From: Podarcis liolepis
Taxonomy: Eukaryota
Assembly: GCA_965112155.1 (NCBI GenBank)
Contig: OZ218099.1
Strand: one strand, 5' to 3'
Length of the DNA: 64,000 bases
The position numbers and the translations under genes were made by a program. Positions 1 through 12,074 of the stretch are shown piece after piece. Below the pieces are notes generated by a model. It searched no databases and had not been told where the DNA came from. It worked only from the letters and a program-made list of their open reading frames with translations. Within the stretch, counting starts at the first letter, position 1, and every line of letters begins with the position of its first letter.

Positions 1-2774
1 TCTAGATAATTTGTCTTGAATGACAAAAGTATTGACAGCTTGTTAGAAATTCATTTGAGTTACTGTGCAAAAGTGAAATGTACCAAGAGCCTCATTGTTC
101 TGTTGGTTGAAATTAGTGTCCTTAACATCCACAACAGCAGTGTGCTGTGCAATACGTGTAATGCAGAGAAGCACAGCAATTGCCCCACAGTTATTAAATT
201 CCTTTCCTGGAGTCTTGCCAAATACTAACGGAGCCTCTTTCAGACACACTATGAGACCTCTTCATTTTGGCTGGCTTTTGGCTTCAAGATTTAAGCTCTC
301 AATTGGGCTGAGGCTTTATGTCTTATTTGGCCTGACATTATCAGGATTTTTCTGTGTACTTTTATTATTTTAACCGTTCCCTATTTCTGTGGATGGGGAA
401 GGCTTGTGCTTTAAATATAATCCATAAATAAAAGAATGAATGCATGAACATAAGTAATTTCAGCAGCTGGAACCATGAGGAAGAAGAAATTTATCAACAT
501 AAATATAATGAAAAAAGACATGTACTTTCAAAGCACATGGTTATGTCTTCTGCTTTTAGTTCTGCAGAACAATTAGCACAGGTCTTAATGTTTAAACGCA
601 AAACAGATTAAGGATTTTACCTTTTCGTGACATTTGTAAACAGCCATATGCCTATCTCCCCTTTCATTCTTCTTCTTATTATTATTAACATTTATATCCC
701 ACTTTTCTTCCACTGAAAAGGCAGTCTCCCATCAAGGCATGGATAAAACCCAGATTTGTTTCACTTTAGCAAGACTACTGACTGCATTATGTTTCATCAG
801 ACCATGCCCTGGAACCACTTCTTACAATTCCCCAAATTTCTGAAGCCCCAAAATATGTGAGAGGCAGCACAACGGCACTAATGTCAGAAGTACCCAAATT
901 CAAAGATTGCTTTATCACTGACGATTTTTGTGGTCTTAGACCCTAATCTGCAACATGAGAAGAACTAGAGGCCTACAGCAAATGTTTAGACTGTCCATTT
1001 CCAACATATACAATTCTTCCATTCCAGCTACCTAATCAGTACCCTAATGGAGAATGTCTCTGTGGGCTACTTTGGATATAATTATTTTGGCTTCAAAAAC
1101 TTTATGCATCCTCTCAATTTCACTAGGATCTCTCTCCCCAACAACAAGACTTTTACCCCGTCTTGCCTACTTCAAAAGTGCTAAAACGAGCTAATAATAT
1201 CAAAAATAGTTTTAAAACAAGTCACTAAAATAAATGTATATAGCTAACAAAAATTAAACAGGGAAAGGGTGACAGATAAAAAAAGAAGCTATGCGTTCGT
1301 GCTCTTAAGCATAAAGGGATAGTGTCCCTGCAGTCCTCATCTTACAAGAGAGAGTCAACATTTTCTGAGGTTTAATCAAGGCTGCCAAATAATCTGTTCT
1401 TGGGGCTGAAATTATTTGCTTGTTTATGCCATTGTATATACAATTGCTGTTTATGTATGAACAACATAATTCAAGTGAATAACCTGTTCCTCTTTCTTTT
1501 TTCTTTTTTTAAAAAAGTCAAAGAATTTTAAAAATAATTTTCATTATGGCAGTTGAAGATTAATTGAAAGCCCTGGCCTGAACTATCTGTATTTCTGCAC
1601 ACAATTAATATGACAAATTATGTTCCGATGTACTTCCCTGAGTGAGAAAGGCTGTAATTATGTTATGAGAGCCTATAACTGAAATGTATGTTTAAATAAT
1701 AAATACGTGTTTCCAAAATCATTTTAAATCTACATATTTAACATGCATCTCAATCCTCAAAGTGCTGTGCTAGCAAAAGTCCTATTTTCTTCAATGGCAC
1801 ATACACCAGTGCAGAGTCTCAATAAAGGGCTTGATAATCAGTTTCCATTTCATGCCTATAAATACTGCAATTACAAAGCTTGAATACATGCAAAATACAT
1901 TAAAATTACAATATTTGCACTGCAAATTGCTTATGGTGTGTGCCTTACAGCAGCAAGACTATTTCACAATGAACACTTGAGAGCTCATGTCCTTTGTTTC
2001 TCAAATGCACATGTAAAATATTAATTTAGATCTAAAGGGGGAGGTCTAAATAAAGGTGCTTTTAAAATTTATCCCCTGCAGTTAACTGTATTGGATCAAT
2101 TCATTTCGGAGTGTAATGTAAACTGGATGAAACTGATTCTTAGCCCTTAAAAATGTTGTACCCCAATGCCAATATTTTCAATAGAGTTAGAAATATGGAA
2201 GGGAAGTATAAAAGAAATTAATCTTTTAAATGAAAGTTCCATACCTCTGAAGAAAGAAACAGATTACTTGTTTTGTTTGTGGGGGGAGCTCCCTGAATGG
2301 CCACATTTAAAGGAAAAGATGCAGTATGGTTCAACTTTGCACAGGGGACAAGGTACCTAAGATGGGGCTCACATTGAAATATGTGCATTCCACGCCTCAC
2401 AGTACAGCAATGGCACCTTGGGAGAATCTTGTTTATTTAAGCATCATGGTGTAGCATCTCTTGCAGCCAATGGCACAGCTGCCAGTGCCTTATTGGTCAA
2501 CCACATTTCCATGAAGAAAATAAAGATGAAGTTCACATCTTTATTGGTACCTACTGTAAAATGATCCCTCATACTTTTCAAGAACCAAAGACCAAACTGC
2601 AAAACTGCTGTGGCAACCATAAAAATCAAAGAAATGTTGTCTTCTTGGCTAGACCTTATGTAACATATGATCAAATGCTTATTCATTTGAGAGCCGGCTC
2701 AAACATACAGGCACTCACATGTTGCAATCATCACTTGGAATGATACAACTTCAGAATGGGACATATGAATATAA

Positions 2775-2968
2775 GAGGCCTTATATACTGAGCTGCATCA
2801 CTGGTTCATCTAGCCCAATGCTATCTACTGTGACTGGAAATGGCGCCCAATGTCTTAAGCATAAATCATTCCCTGCACTAATACCTGAGACACTTCAACA
2901 GCAGATTCTGGGGAATTAGCCTAGGATGCTTTTCATGCAAAGGATATGCTCTACCACAGAGGTATGGC
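2775..2968 (-). mobile_element. Degenerate tRNA-derived SINE with CR1-like 3' tail
   Basis: Colinear with the better-preserved copy at 24466-24621 (ccttat..ggttcatctagc..actg..catgcaaa..atgctct..c..gag.ta). Confidence 0.6.
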
Positions 2969-2994
2969 TTCTCCCCTAAGTGCATGTCATACAT

Positions 2995-3112
2995 TTCATT
3001 GTGATTTTATATATGCTGGAAGCCACCCAGAATGACTGGGGAAACCCAGCCAGATGGACAGGGTTTAAATAATAAAGTTGGTTTTGTTGTTGTTGTTGTT
3101 GTTGTTGTTGTT
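2995..3112 (+). mobile_element. LINE (L2-like) 3' end followed by a (GTT)n tail
   Basis: ggaagccacccagaatgactggggaaacccagccagatggacagggtttaaataataaa resembles a common lizard L2-type 3' terminus; a microsatellite follows. Confidence 0.55.
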
Positions 3113-3616
3113 AAACCTTCTTCTCATCTTGGCATAGTTTCCCCGTTCACATTGAATTCTCCTTTGTCACAGCAAACGGGTGAATCCATCAATTACACTT
3201 TCAATTTCTTACTTTTCCAATCTTAAATCCAGTACTCCACATTTCCACATCATTTTGCAATATATATATATATTTTAAAAAAATGCATCATGAACATTCC
3301 TCAGCATTTTTGTGAATTTCTCCTAATATTCACATTTGTGTGCAGTTTTGCAACAGATATACATTTCAGCAAAGGAATGCCCCCCCAAATAATGCATTTT
3401 TGTTATGTTATCTTAACTGACAAATGCATTTTAATGCACACTCTACCCCAATGTACCGTATTTTTCGCTCCATTGGACGCACTTTTTTACTCTTAAAAAG
3501 TAAGGGGAAATGTCTGTGTGTCCTATGGAGCGAATGTGTGGTCCCTGGAGCCAAATTGCCGGAGTGTGGCACACTCTTGGACTGCTCTTTGGTGGTGGTG
3601 GTGGAGCCGTGCTCCC

Positions 3617-4030
3617 CTGCTGGCAGCCTCGGCTCCCCCCTGCAGCCCCGGGAAGATTTGGAGCAAGGGGAGGGCTGTGCGCCCATGCCCCACACTCCTG
3701 GGCTGCTGAATGGGGGTGGAAGCCGCGCTCGTCTGCCAGCAGCCTCGGCTTCCCTCTGCAGCCCCAGGAAGCTTTGGAGCAACGGGAGGGCTGTGCGCCC
3801 ATCCCCCACGCTTCTGGGCTGCTGAATGGGGTGGGGGGTGCTGCTCTGCCAGCAGCCTGCCCTTCCCCTCAAGGTTTGGAGCAGTGGGCAGGCTGTGCGC
3901 TCATGCCCCACACTCTTGGGCTGCTGAAAGGGGTGGGGGTGTTGCTCTGCCAGCAGCCTGCCCTTCCCCTCAAGGTTTGGAGCAGCGGGCAGGCTGTTCA
4001 CTGAGAGAGGGGAGGAAGAGGACGGAGAGG
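3617..4030. repeat. GC-rich tandem repeat (about 101-116 bp units) inside the Tc2-like element
   Basis: Units begin CTGC(C/T)(A/G)GCAGCCT at 3617, 3733, 3846 and 3947. Confidence 0.8.
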
Positions 4031-4367
4031 AGGGGGACCAAGAAGCTGGGTGAAGAGAGAGGAGGTACCATAGCTTGCCGTGGGTGGAGAGTCATGGTAG
4101 AGGGCAAAGGAAAGGGAGCAGTGATGGGGAGAAATTGCAGACGTCACCTGAGGAGTTTGGGTGAAAGGGATGAAGAGGAGGAGGCTGGAAAAGGGGACTG
4201 TTCTGCTTGGGGGTGGGGGAGAAAAAAGTGGGGGAAAGGAAAGCCTCCCAAGCCTGCCGCTGGGAGGCTCTGCTCAGCTGTTTCTTGACTGTAATTCAAG
4301 TAAAGTGAATGTTTGCGAGCAGCGGGCAGGCTGTTCGCTGAGAGAGGGGAGGAAGAGGACTGAGAGG

Positions 4368-4520
4368 AAAAAATGTGGCATTAGCAATGCTTTGGATGGA
4401 AACGAAGATGGTATTTTACATGAAGATAGCGAAGAAAGTGATGTCAGTGATTGTGAGCAACTGAGCTTCATAAATTCTGACTTTAGCAGTGATGAGTTCT
4501 TGGGGTTCACAGAAGACTAG
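4368..4520 (+). pseudogene. Remnant C-terminus of a pogo/Tc2-type DDE transposase (KKCGISNALDGNED plus acidic tail)
   Basis: KKCGISNALDGxED followed by a D/E/S-rich tail and a stop is the typical end of pogo-family transposases; it lies just inside the right TIR region. Confidence 0.75.
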
Positions 4521-6095
4521 AAGAGTACTCAAACCTTAAAGTCTCTCTTCATTTGTTAATGACAGTGATGATGGTTCTTAATGCCATTGTTGACTGCTGT
4601 TCACTTTACATGGCTGTAATATGATTCTGATATACCGGTTGTTTATTAAATACAGTAGTTTATACAACATTTGATTCAGAATATTTTTTTCTTGTTTTCC
4701 TTCTCTAAAAACTAGATGCGCCCTATGATCGGGTGCATCCAATGGAGCGAAAAATACGGTATACACTTTTTATACATCACTTGGCTGAAGAACTGCATTG
4801 CAAAATTCAAAGAAGTGCGAATTTTGGAAGATGGTTGTTTTGATTCTCAGATTGTTTTGTTTTTTTAAAAAAATGCTAATTAGTTACGTTCTCCTTTAAA
4901 TCCAAACTGAATCTTCCTCATTCCTAGAACAGCTTCACTACACTCTCCTGCCATTTGAAGTCTCAATGTGTGTGTATGCTGGGGATGTTCTTCTAATAAT
5001 TTGTTGGCACATGAAGATCTCCCACATCAGAGATGATTGCAGATTGACAGTAAGCCTTTTCCTTACTAGTTCTCCAGATGTGGAAGATCTTGACATAAGA
5101 GGCACTCAAACAAATGATCTCTTATATCACATGAGCACCTACACATTTCAATTGCCTCTAAAGCTGCCATTTTCAAATCACTTTTTGTGAAGTAGTCCCA
5201 TTATAGTCCAACAACTGCTATTGGATTAAGTAATTTCAACAGCCATGTCACCACTGACATGGCCACAAATTTGTGGCATAAATTGATGGGAAATAGAAAA
5301 GGAAGGAAAATGTCAACAAATGAGTAGAGAAAATGATTAACTAAGGTATGGATATTGCAGCACAAAGAATATAAAGTCAGTGGCCCCATTCACACACCAT
5401 GCTAAGCTCAACCATGTTTTAGCACCAACATACAGGATCTTGAAGAGGAGGTCACAACTACCTTGCTCCTCCCCAGTTGTTCAGCTGCCGCGTTGAACTT
5501 AGCCATAGTTTAATAAGTCATTTGGATGGCTTAGTAAGTCATCTGGAATATGGTTTGGTTCTCTTGGACAAAGAACAAGCAATAAATCATAGGACCAACT
5601 TTGGCTATAGTTCATGGCTAGTCTGGAGAGCGCTAAACCATAAGCCAGGGTTTAGATGACACACTAAATCAAGCTATGGCATAGCATAGCACAATGCAAC
5701 AGAGGAATGACCAGGGAGCAGCAAAACAGTTTTGAGTTCCTCTCTTGGGGCCTACATACTTGCACGTTCACACTAAATCATGGTTTGCCAAAACGAGTTG
5801 TGCCTGGTTAAAAAAAATAAGAATTATAATTAAGGGCTGGATTATTTTATTCATGTTCAGGCAAATTAGGGTAACTGAGACTACCAGTGGTTGTTCCCCC
5901 CCCCACCAGGCGGACGGTGACATAGATTATTATATTTTAGAATGTCAATAGACTGACTAGAACTGATAATGTGAACTATATTTGTGCCAAGGGTTGCTCC
6001 AGTGATTTTATATAAAATGGGAGGAATAAGAAAATCTTTCTCATTGTTACTGCAATAGAACAGGGCCTAAAAGAAAGAAAGCTGGCTATAAACTA

Positions 6096-6392
<297 letters not shown>

Positions 6393-7819
6393 CTAGAGAG
6401 AGAGATCTCTCTACTTTGTGTGCGAGAGATCCCAAACCAGATCTTTGAAAAGGGAATGTTTGCCATTAAAATTTTATTTTGTTTCCATTGTTTCTCTTGA
6501 GAAGATAATTGTGTTTGGCAGGCCATAGAAAGAAAATAGCAGCATTGCTGGCTGAAGCCTGACTAGAGAATAGAGCACATTTTTGTAACACTGAATTCAG
6601 GTCTCCACAAAACATGATCCTGGGCTGTCTTTGAGTTCCATTATAACAAAGATCAAATTTTATTTGGAGAACTTACTGTGTCTAGAGTGTTCCTTGTGTT
6701 GTGGAACCATTTCATCCAATTAATAAGTTTTATAAAATCGTTTTTGAATTTTGTTAGCATGATATTGCACAACCAGTATGGTGTCATGTATTAGCAGTCG
6801 ACTGCAAAATTCACATTTGTGAAAGAATTAGATGCTTTAAAATGTTCCATTATTTTAATACCATGAAAGAAAGCAGCAGCGCTACACTTATCATAGGTTA
6901 CCTATACCTGTATTTCTCCCCATTGTTATAAAAACAACATGCCCAGTGAGTCCATAGTTGTATGTAGTTGATCAATCTTTTAAAGGAAGTAATTCTATGA
7001 GGAATTTTTTTTTAATGGGCACAAGAGTCCATTGCAAATTCCACCTAAGTTTTCTAGCCTTAACACAATGGACTTGCCCAATCCTTGCTCCAATGGTCAA
7101 ACTGACTAGCAGGACCAGCCTCCCATGATATATCCTCTATAATTCTTTGTACCAAGCTATGAGGCTGTGGGTGGGTCCACAGGTGGAGGCTGGAAGTAGA
7201 CCATCACTTTTCTAAAGGGCTTGCAAAAAGGCTTGAAAGAATGCATCTAAAGAGAGATGGGCCCAGAGGCTACTGACAAATTAGAGAGTTTCCCTCAGTT
7301 TGGCCTTTCTAATCTTGTTCACTGACTGAGCAGATTCCATTGCTTTCCTTGAATCCCAAATTGGGGGAGATTCACAAGACTTGGTCCTTTGGTGGTGGGC
7401 TAACTCAGTGACTGCACAGTTTTGATGTGCCAAGACTCGGAAAAGATTCATGGATTTGATCCTTTTGCGGTGGATTTAGAACTATGCAGCTCCTGTGTGA
7501 AACAGCGGTTTTTTGTTTGTTTTTTAATGGATTTTGAACAATTTGGCTATTGAATTGAGTTGACAAAAGTATTTGCCGGGTTGGAAGTTCCTATCACAAA
7601 GTGAAAACTGAAGGCTGTGAAAATCTGGCACATTCCTAATTATCAAACCCTTCACCTCATGCATGAACCTCAGAATAAGAAAATAATAAGAAAATATCGG
7701 GGGGGGGATAATTGTGTAAATTTATTTCAAGGGGACTTTGCACACACACTTTTTTGTGTAATGCAAGCAAGAAGGGACACTTTCTATTCCCACTCACCTT
7801 TTCTGTGTATCTATGCTGT

Positions 7820-7945
7820 GCTTCCTCAACTTGGTACCATCTGGAAGTTATGGACTACAACTCCAATCAGATCCAGTCAGTATGGCTGTGCTGGCTGGGG
7901 CTGATGGGATTTGTACTCCAAAGTCATCAGTTTGGCAAAGATTGT
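7820..7945. mobile_element. Degenerate hAT-type MITE
   Basis: ggactacaactcc...gggatttgtactcca internal inverted motif, shared with the MITEs at 11303 and 29443. Confidence 0.5.
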
Positions 7946-8534
7946 TCTATGAAATTCCTGAATTTGTATGTAAAAACCTGGTGCAAAAGGAGCATTCAAA
8001 CTCTCTGCCTTGCATGCAATTAATTTGTGCAAGTTCAACTAGCCAGCTCTGAATGAATGGCAGATGGTTGAAATCGCACAAGCTAACTGTGCGTAGGGTG
8101 TGGTCATATTGGATCCTCCTTGGAATCTTTCCCCAGCCATTGTAAGGCAGGGTGGAACTTCCCAATCCTTACACTTCAGATCAGGGTGGAGAAAACCACC
8201 CTTGTTTCCAAGGCTCAGGCGCTTCCCTCAGTGGTTCCTATGCACCACCTGTCTGAACATCTCTCCAAATATCAGTCCTTTGAAGCTTTTACCAGACACA
8301 TTCTGAGCAGCAGTTAGCACCAGGAGTCAGATAAGAACCAAAAGAAATGCTTTTGATTTCTGACTAATTTTCCAAGTAGTTTAAAGGAAGAGTTTACCGG
8401 TATCTTTTCCAATATGAAAATTTCAACAGGAATATGAAGATTCTCAACAATTTACCTCACCCTTAGTTTGATGCATGCATAATTAACATGGCATGTATGA
8501 ATTTTATCCAAATAAAAATGGTCTCAAGAGAAAC

Positions 8535-8685
8535 ATGCCAGAGGGTCCTGGATTCAAATTCAGGCCATCTTGGGTAACCTTGAGCAAGTTTCTCCCTCCC
8601 AGCCAAAGCCCCTTGCTAGAAAAATTAAATAATACAGATCCACTACACAGGACTGTCCAGAAGATAGATTTGACACACTTTGTAA
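8535..8685 (+). mobile_element. Degenerate MIR/CORE-SINE-like fragment
   Basis: B-box-like ggattcaaattc followed by the CORE-like gggtaaccttgagcaagtt. Confidence 0.45.
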
Positions 8686-11302
8686 TGCACATGGGAAAAA
8701 GTAATAAAACTGTGTGTGTGGAATCACTTTGATTTCAATGCACTTGAGCACACTCAACTTTGGGTTGGATGTGTTCAACTCTGTGTTCACCATCTAAGCT
8801 TCTGCATTGTTCAGCAACAGAGGCAACTGGTTGAAAGTCATTTGCAGTTCTCCATCAATATTTTGGGGAGCAGGATGAAATATATTCAGAATTTGAATTT
8901 GTAGAGTTTGGTAGCATGACAAGGCAGCTAAAACACATTTGTTTAAAAACAGTGAAAAACATTTTTACCAGTAATGCCATCTGCTAAAATATAGGAGGAC
9001 CTTAGATGTATACTGTACAAATGCTACTGTTGTTTCTATTTACGTATTAAGATTATTGCTTTGGCTAAGATTTCATACAAGATTTTGAGGTTTCTAAAAA
9101 TGTCTGCCTAGTCCCTAGTCTGCCTTCTGGGAAATCTGGTCCTACTGCCTTCTCAAAAAGGGGAGTGAAGAATGGAAAGAAGCCCTTTCCATCCATTACA
9201 CAGCATCAAGCTTTGCACCTCAAAAAATAAGATAACGAAAGGAATCTTACAACACTACAAGGAATTGCTACATACACACTCAACTAACTTTGATATGTCT
9301 ACGTTGGACTTGCATTTCACTCATAAAGCCATGCATGCATTAAAAACTCCAGAAAGCTTCTCACTTTTTTTTTTAATAGCTCAACTCATGGTGCTGGGCT
9401 TACAGCTAATAAAAGCAGTTTAAAAATATCGTCCCACGCCCTCCAAGGAATCAAATGCTCTGATTAAATCAGAGCATGGATAAAATTAAAATTGCTTCTC
9501 AATTACACACTTCCTGATGGTACATGCACACACCCCACCACATAAGCAAACTTTAACCAATATTCCACATGTCTCGGTGGGAGGGGGATATTTTCTAGAA
9601 ATTTACAAATAATTCATAGTTCAATGAGCACAATGAAACCTGCCATTCTCTCCCTTTCTCCTTGGAAAGGAGATTATTGGCAGCGGGAGGAAAGGAGGTA
9701 TGTTGACTGTTTTCCTCCTTTTTAACAAAAGGGAAGGCATGGATGTAAAAATAAGGTTAACAGGTTCCAGGGTTTTAACTGGAAGTTTCAGGATTTTAGT
9801 CCCTTCTTACATCTGCAGGAGAAATGAAATCTCAGGATGAGTTCTGGCTTAACCTCCATTGCATGTCCATTAGTCTCCATGCCAGGCACAGCCAGGCCTT
9901 CTCCTGACCCACCAAGTACCATCATCACCCCCCCACCCACACTTTTATTAGCTCCTCATTAAAGCCATTACTAAAGCACCAATTCAGCACTTTCAACTCC
10001 ATGTCTCTGGAGGAATAAAGCCTTCCAGTTGCCTCCATCTTTTTGTTGAGAGTGAAGAACTCCAAATGCTATTGTAGCATTATCAAAAAAAAGATAATCT
10101 ATCCATTCACTCTTCACCCCATGGTGGGTATCTTAAGGGGTAGTTTTCAATTTTAAGTATCACCCTGAAATTTTATCCCCCCGTATCCAAAACAAAACAG
10201 TGTCTTCCTTCTTCAATGCAAGCAGGGAACTGATGGAGGGGGGGGCGCGGAATTCAGTATTAAAACGGAGACGTCTCCTTCCTACCCTCTCTCAGAGCCA
10301 CTTATTAACAAGATTGATGCTGACCAATAAGACAATGCATTAAATAAATGGAGGCAGGAAGAAGCTAGGAATCATTGAAATCAAAATTTGGTACAAAAGA
10401 CATGGTTTTTAACAATGGGTATGAAAATTATATATTTGGTACTGAACTGGGAAAACAGCGAATTCTGTAGTAAAATAGTAGAATAGGAAGCCCAGATGTC
10501 TCAATCTGGAAGAAGCTGCAGGGTTTCTTGGAAATCAGGATGACGACAGACAAACTCTCCTCTTTTGCATCCCAACTATGAGCCAATTCACATGGCCATT
10601 TAGGGCAAAACCAGACATGCAGCTATATTTTGTAATAAAATCTAATCTAATCTGCATCTCAGTGAAGTTGGATAATATGTGATGTAATAACATAAAGCTG
10701 TGTTTGTAGAGGACAGCCTTTCAACAAAAGCAAAAATGTTTAGTGAAAGGACTTCTTATCAGCCACTGCTGCAAAAGAGGAATTGTTTGGACATATTGTC
10801 CACAGAAGATTGTTTAGGAAACCTTTCCCAAGGGCTTGGTGTTAATTGGGACATCTTTGAAAAAGACCTGATGGTCAAAATGGATCTATACAAGTTGTTT
10901 GGTAGTTTTATGATTCATTGTCCTATTCTTTGAAGGACTCTTTGAAGCATTTGTGGGTCTTATTCTTGACTGCGTCTAACGGAGACTTTAAGCCTTTCCT
11001 CTTCACCTTTGCAGTGGCCCCAACTAAAATGACCTCCCAGCTGCTACTCACATAACCAAATGAAGGCTTTCCTTCTTTTGCTTATTGCAGCTTCAGGAAG
11101 GGCAGGGCAGGGTGGAGGGCACAGCAAGAGGGAAACCTACAATCCCACTGAGGGCCCTCCTGCAGCTGCTATTCAATGTGTAAATTACTTGCATTCAGAT
11201 AATTAACCCCATGTCTAATTTGACCCTAGTTACCATTTTTGACATGGTTATTGGTCTTGGGATAGCAGCTCAAAGCATCCTGATCCTACACACCATCTAG
11301 AG

Positions 11303-11824
11303 CAGTGATGGCCAAACTCGGCCCTCCAGCTGTTTTGGGCCTACAATTCCCACCATCCCTGACCACTGGTCCTGTTAGCTAGTGAAGGAATGGGTTTCCC
11401 ATTCTAAAATCTGACTGTGTAGTCAGTCTGAAACGGGCCCCAAAATCCCATTTTTCCTTCTCCAAGGGTGCATTTTATGGTTAAGAGTACAGGAGCAGGA
11501 ACATCTGTGATGTCAACTTACGTGTATAAGCTTACGTGGCTGGATTCCTGGGGAAAGGGGGAGAGGGTGCCTGGAGGTTATATATACTGCATGGAATTTC
11601 TCATTTCTTTGGACTTGCTGTGAACTGACCACGCAAGTGCCTTCTGCTATCCGGAGAACAGAATAAACTCTTTCTCTGAATCAACCTCGGTATCATTTGA
11701 CTTTCTTTCTCTCTCCCGGGAGCAACGCAGACCCCACCAATCAGTAGAGTCTAATAAGGCTGCACTAGGGATGATGGGAGCTGTAGTCCAACAACAGGTG
11801 GAGGGCCGAGTTTGGGCATTGCTG
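11303..11824. mobile_element. hAT (Charlie-like) MITE interrupted by a solo LTR
   Basis: TIRs CAGTGATGGCCAAACTCGGCCCTCCA / TGGAGGGCCGAGTTTGGGCATTGCTG; 8-bp TSD ATCTAGAG at 11295-11302 and 11825-11832. Confidence 0.88.
11383..11764 (+). mobile_element. Solo LTR (ERV or Gypsy type), 382 bp
   Basis: TG...CA termini, 4-bp TSD CTAG (11379-11382 and 11765-11768), TATA-like TATATATA at 11579-11586, AATAAA at 11662-11667. Confidence 0.85.
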
Positions 11825-11832
11825 ATCTAGAG

Positions 11833-12074
11833 CAGTGGTTCCTAACCCCTACCGTATGCAACCCATGGGTCCACATTTACTTGGCATGGTGACTTATCAG
11901 TTTATTTTCACATGATTTTTGGACCCTAGGTCCTTGGTGGCCATTGGTTTTGTGCATTTTAGCTGCAAGTTTGTCTATTTTATAACCGTTACTTGAGACA
12001 TTCAAGCAAAAATGAAAAAGCTTTTGATACCCACCCCGCTTGTGGGCCATGAACGACAAGTTGGGGAAATGCTG
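11833..12074. mobile_element. Second hAT-type MITE, in tandem at the same target site
   Basis: Ends CAGTGGTTCCTAAC / GTTGGGGAAATGCTG; flanked by ATCTAGAG (11825-11832) and CTCTAGAG (12075-12082). Confidence 0.7.

Larger units (their letters stand above)
3456..4759 (+). mobile_element. Non-autonomous Tc1/mariner-superfamily (Tc2/pogo-like) DNA transposon, 1304 bp
   Basis: 27-bp TIRs CCGTATTTTTCGCTCCATTGGA(C/T)GCAC (26/27 match), TA duplications at 3454-3455 and 4760-4761, internal GC-rich tandem repeats and a transposase C-terminal remnant. Confidence 0.9.
3180..4920. repeat. Old interspersed repeat of unknown class (halves at about 3180-3455 and 4760-4920), split by a Tc2-like element
   Basis: Both halves align by eye, in inverted orientation, to 15890-16048 and 16261-16480. 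Confidence 0.6.

Noticed and set aside
3617-4030. Repeat array considered as CRISPR-like
   Set aside because: Eukaryotic context, degenerate tandem units without unique spacers, and no cas genes.
3408-4288. Cluster of overlapping 120-197 aa ORFs on both strands
   Set aside because: They come from stop-poor GC-rich tandem repeats inside a non-autonomous transposon.
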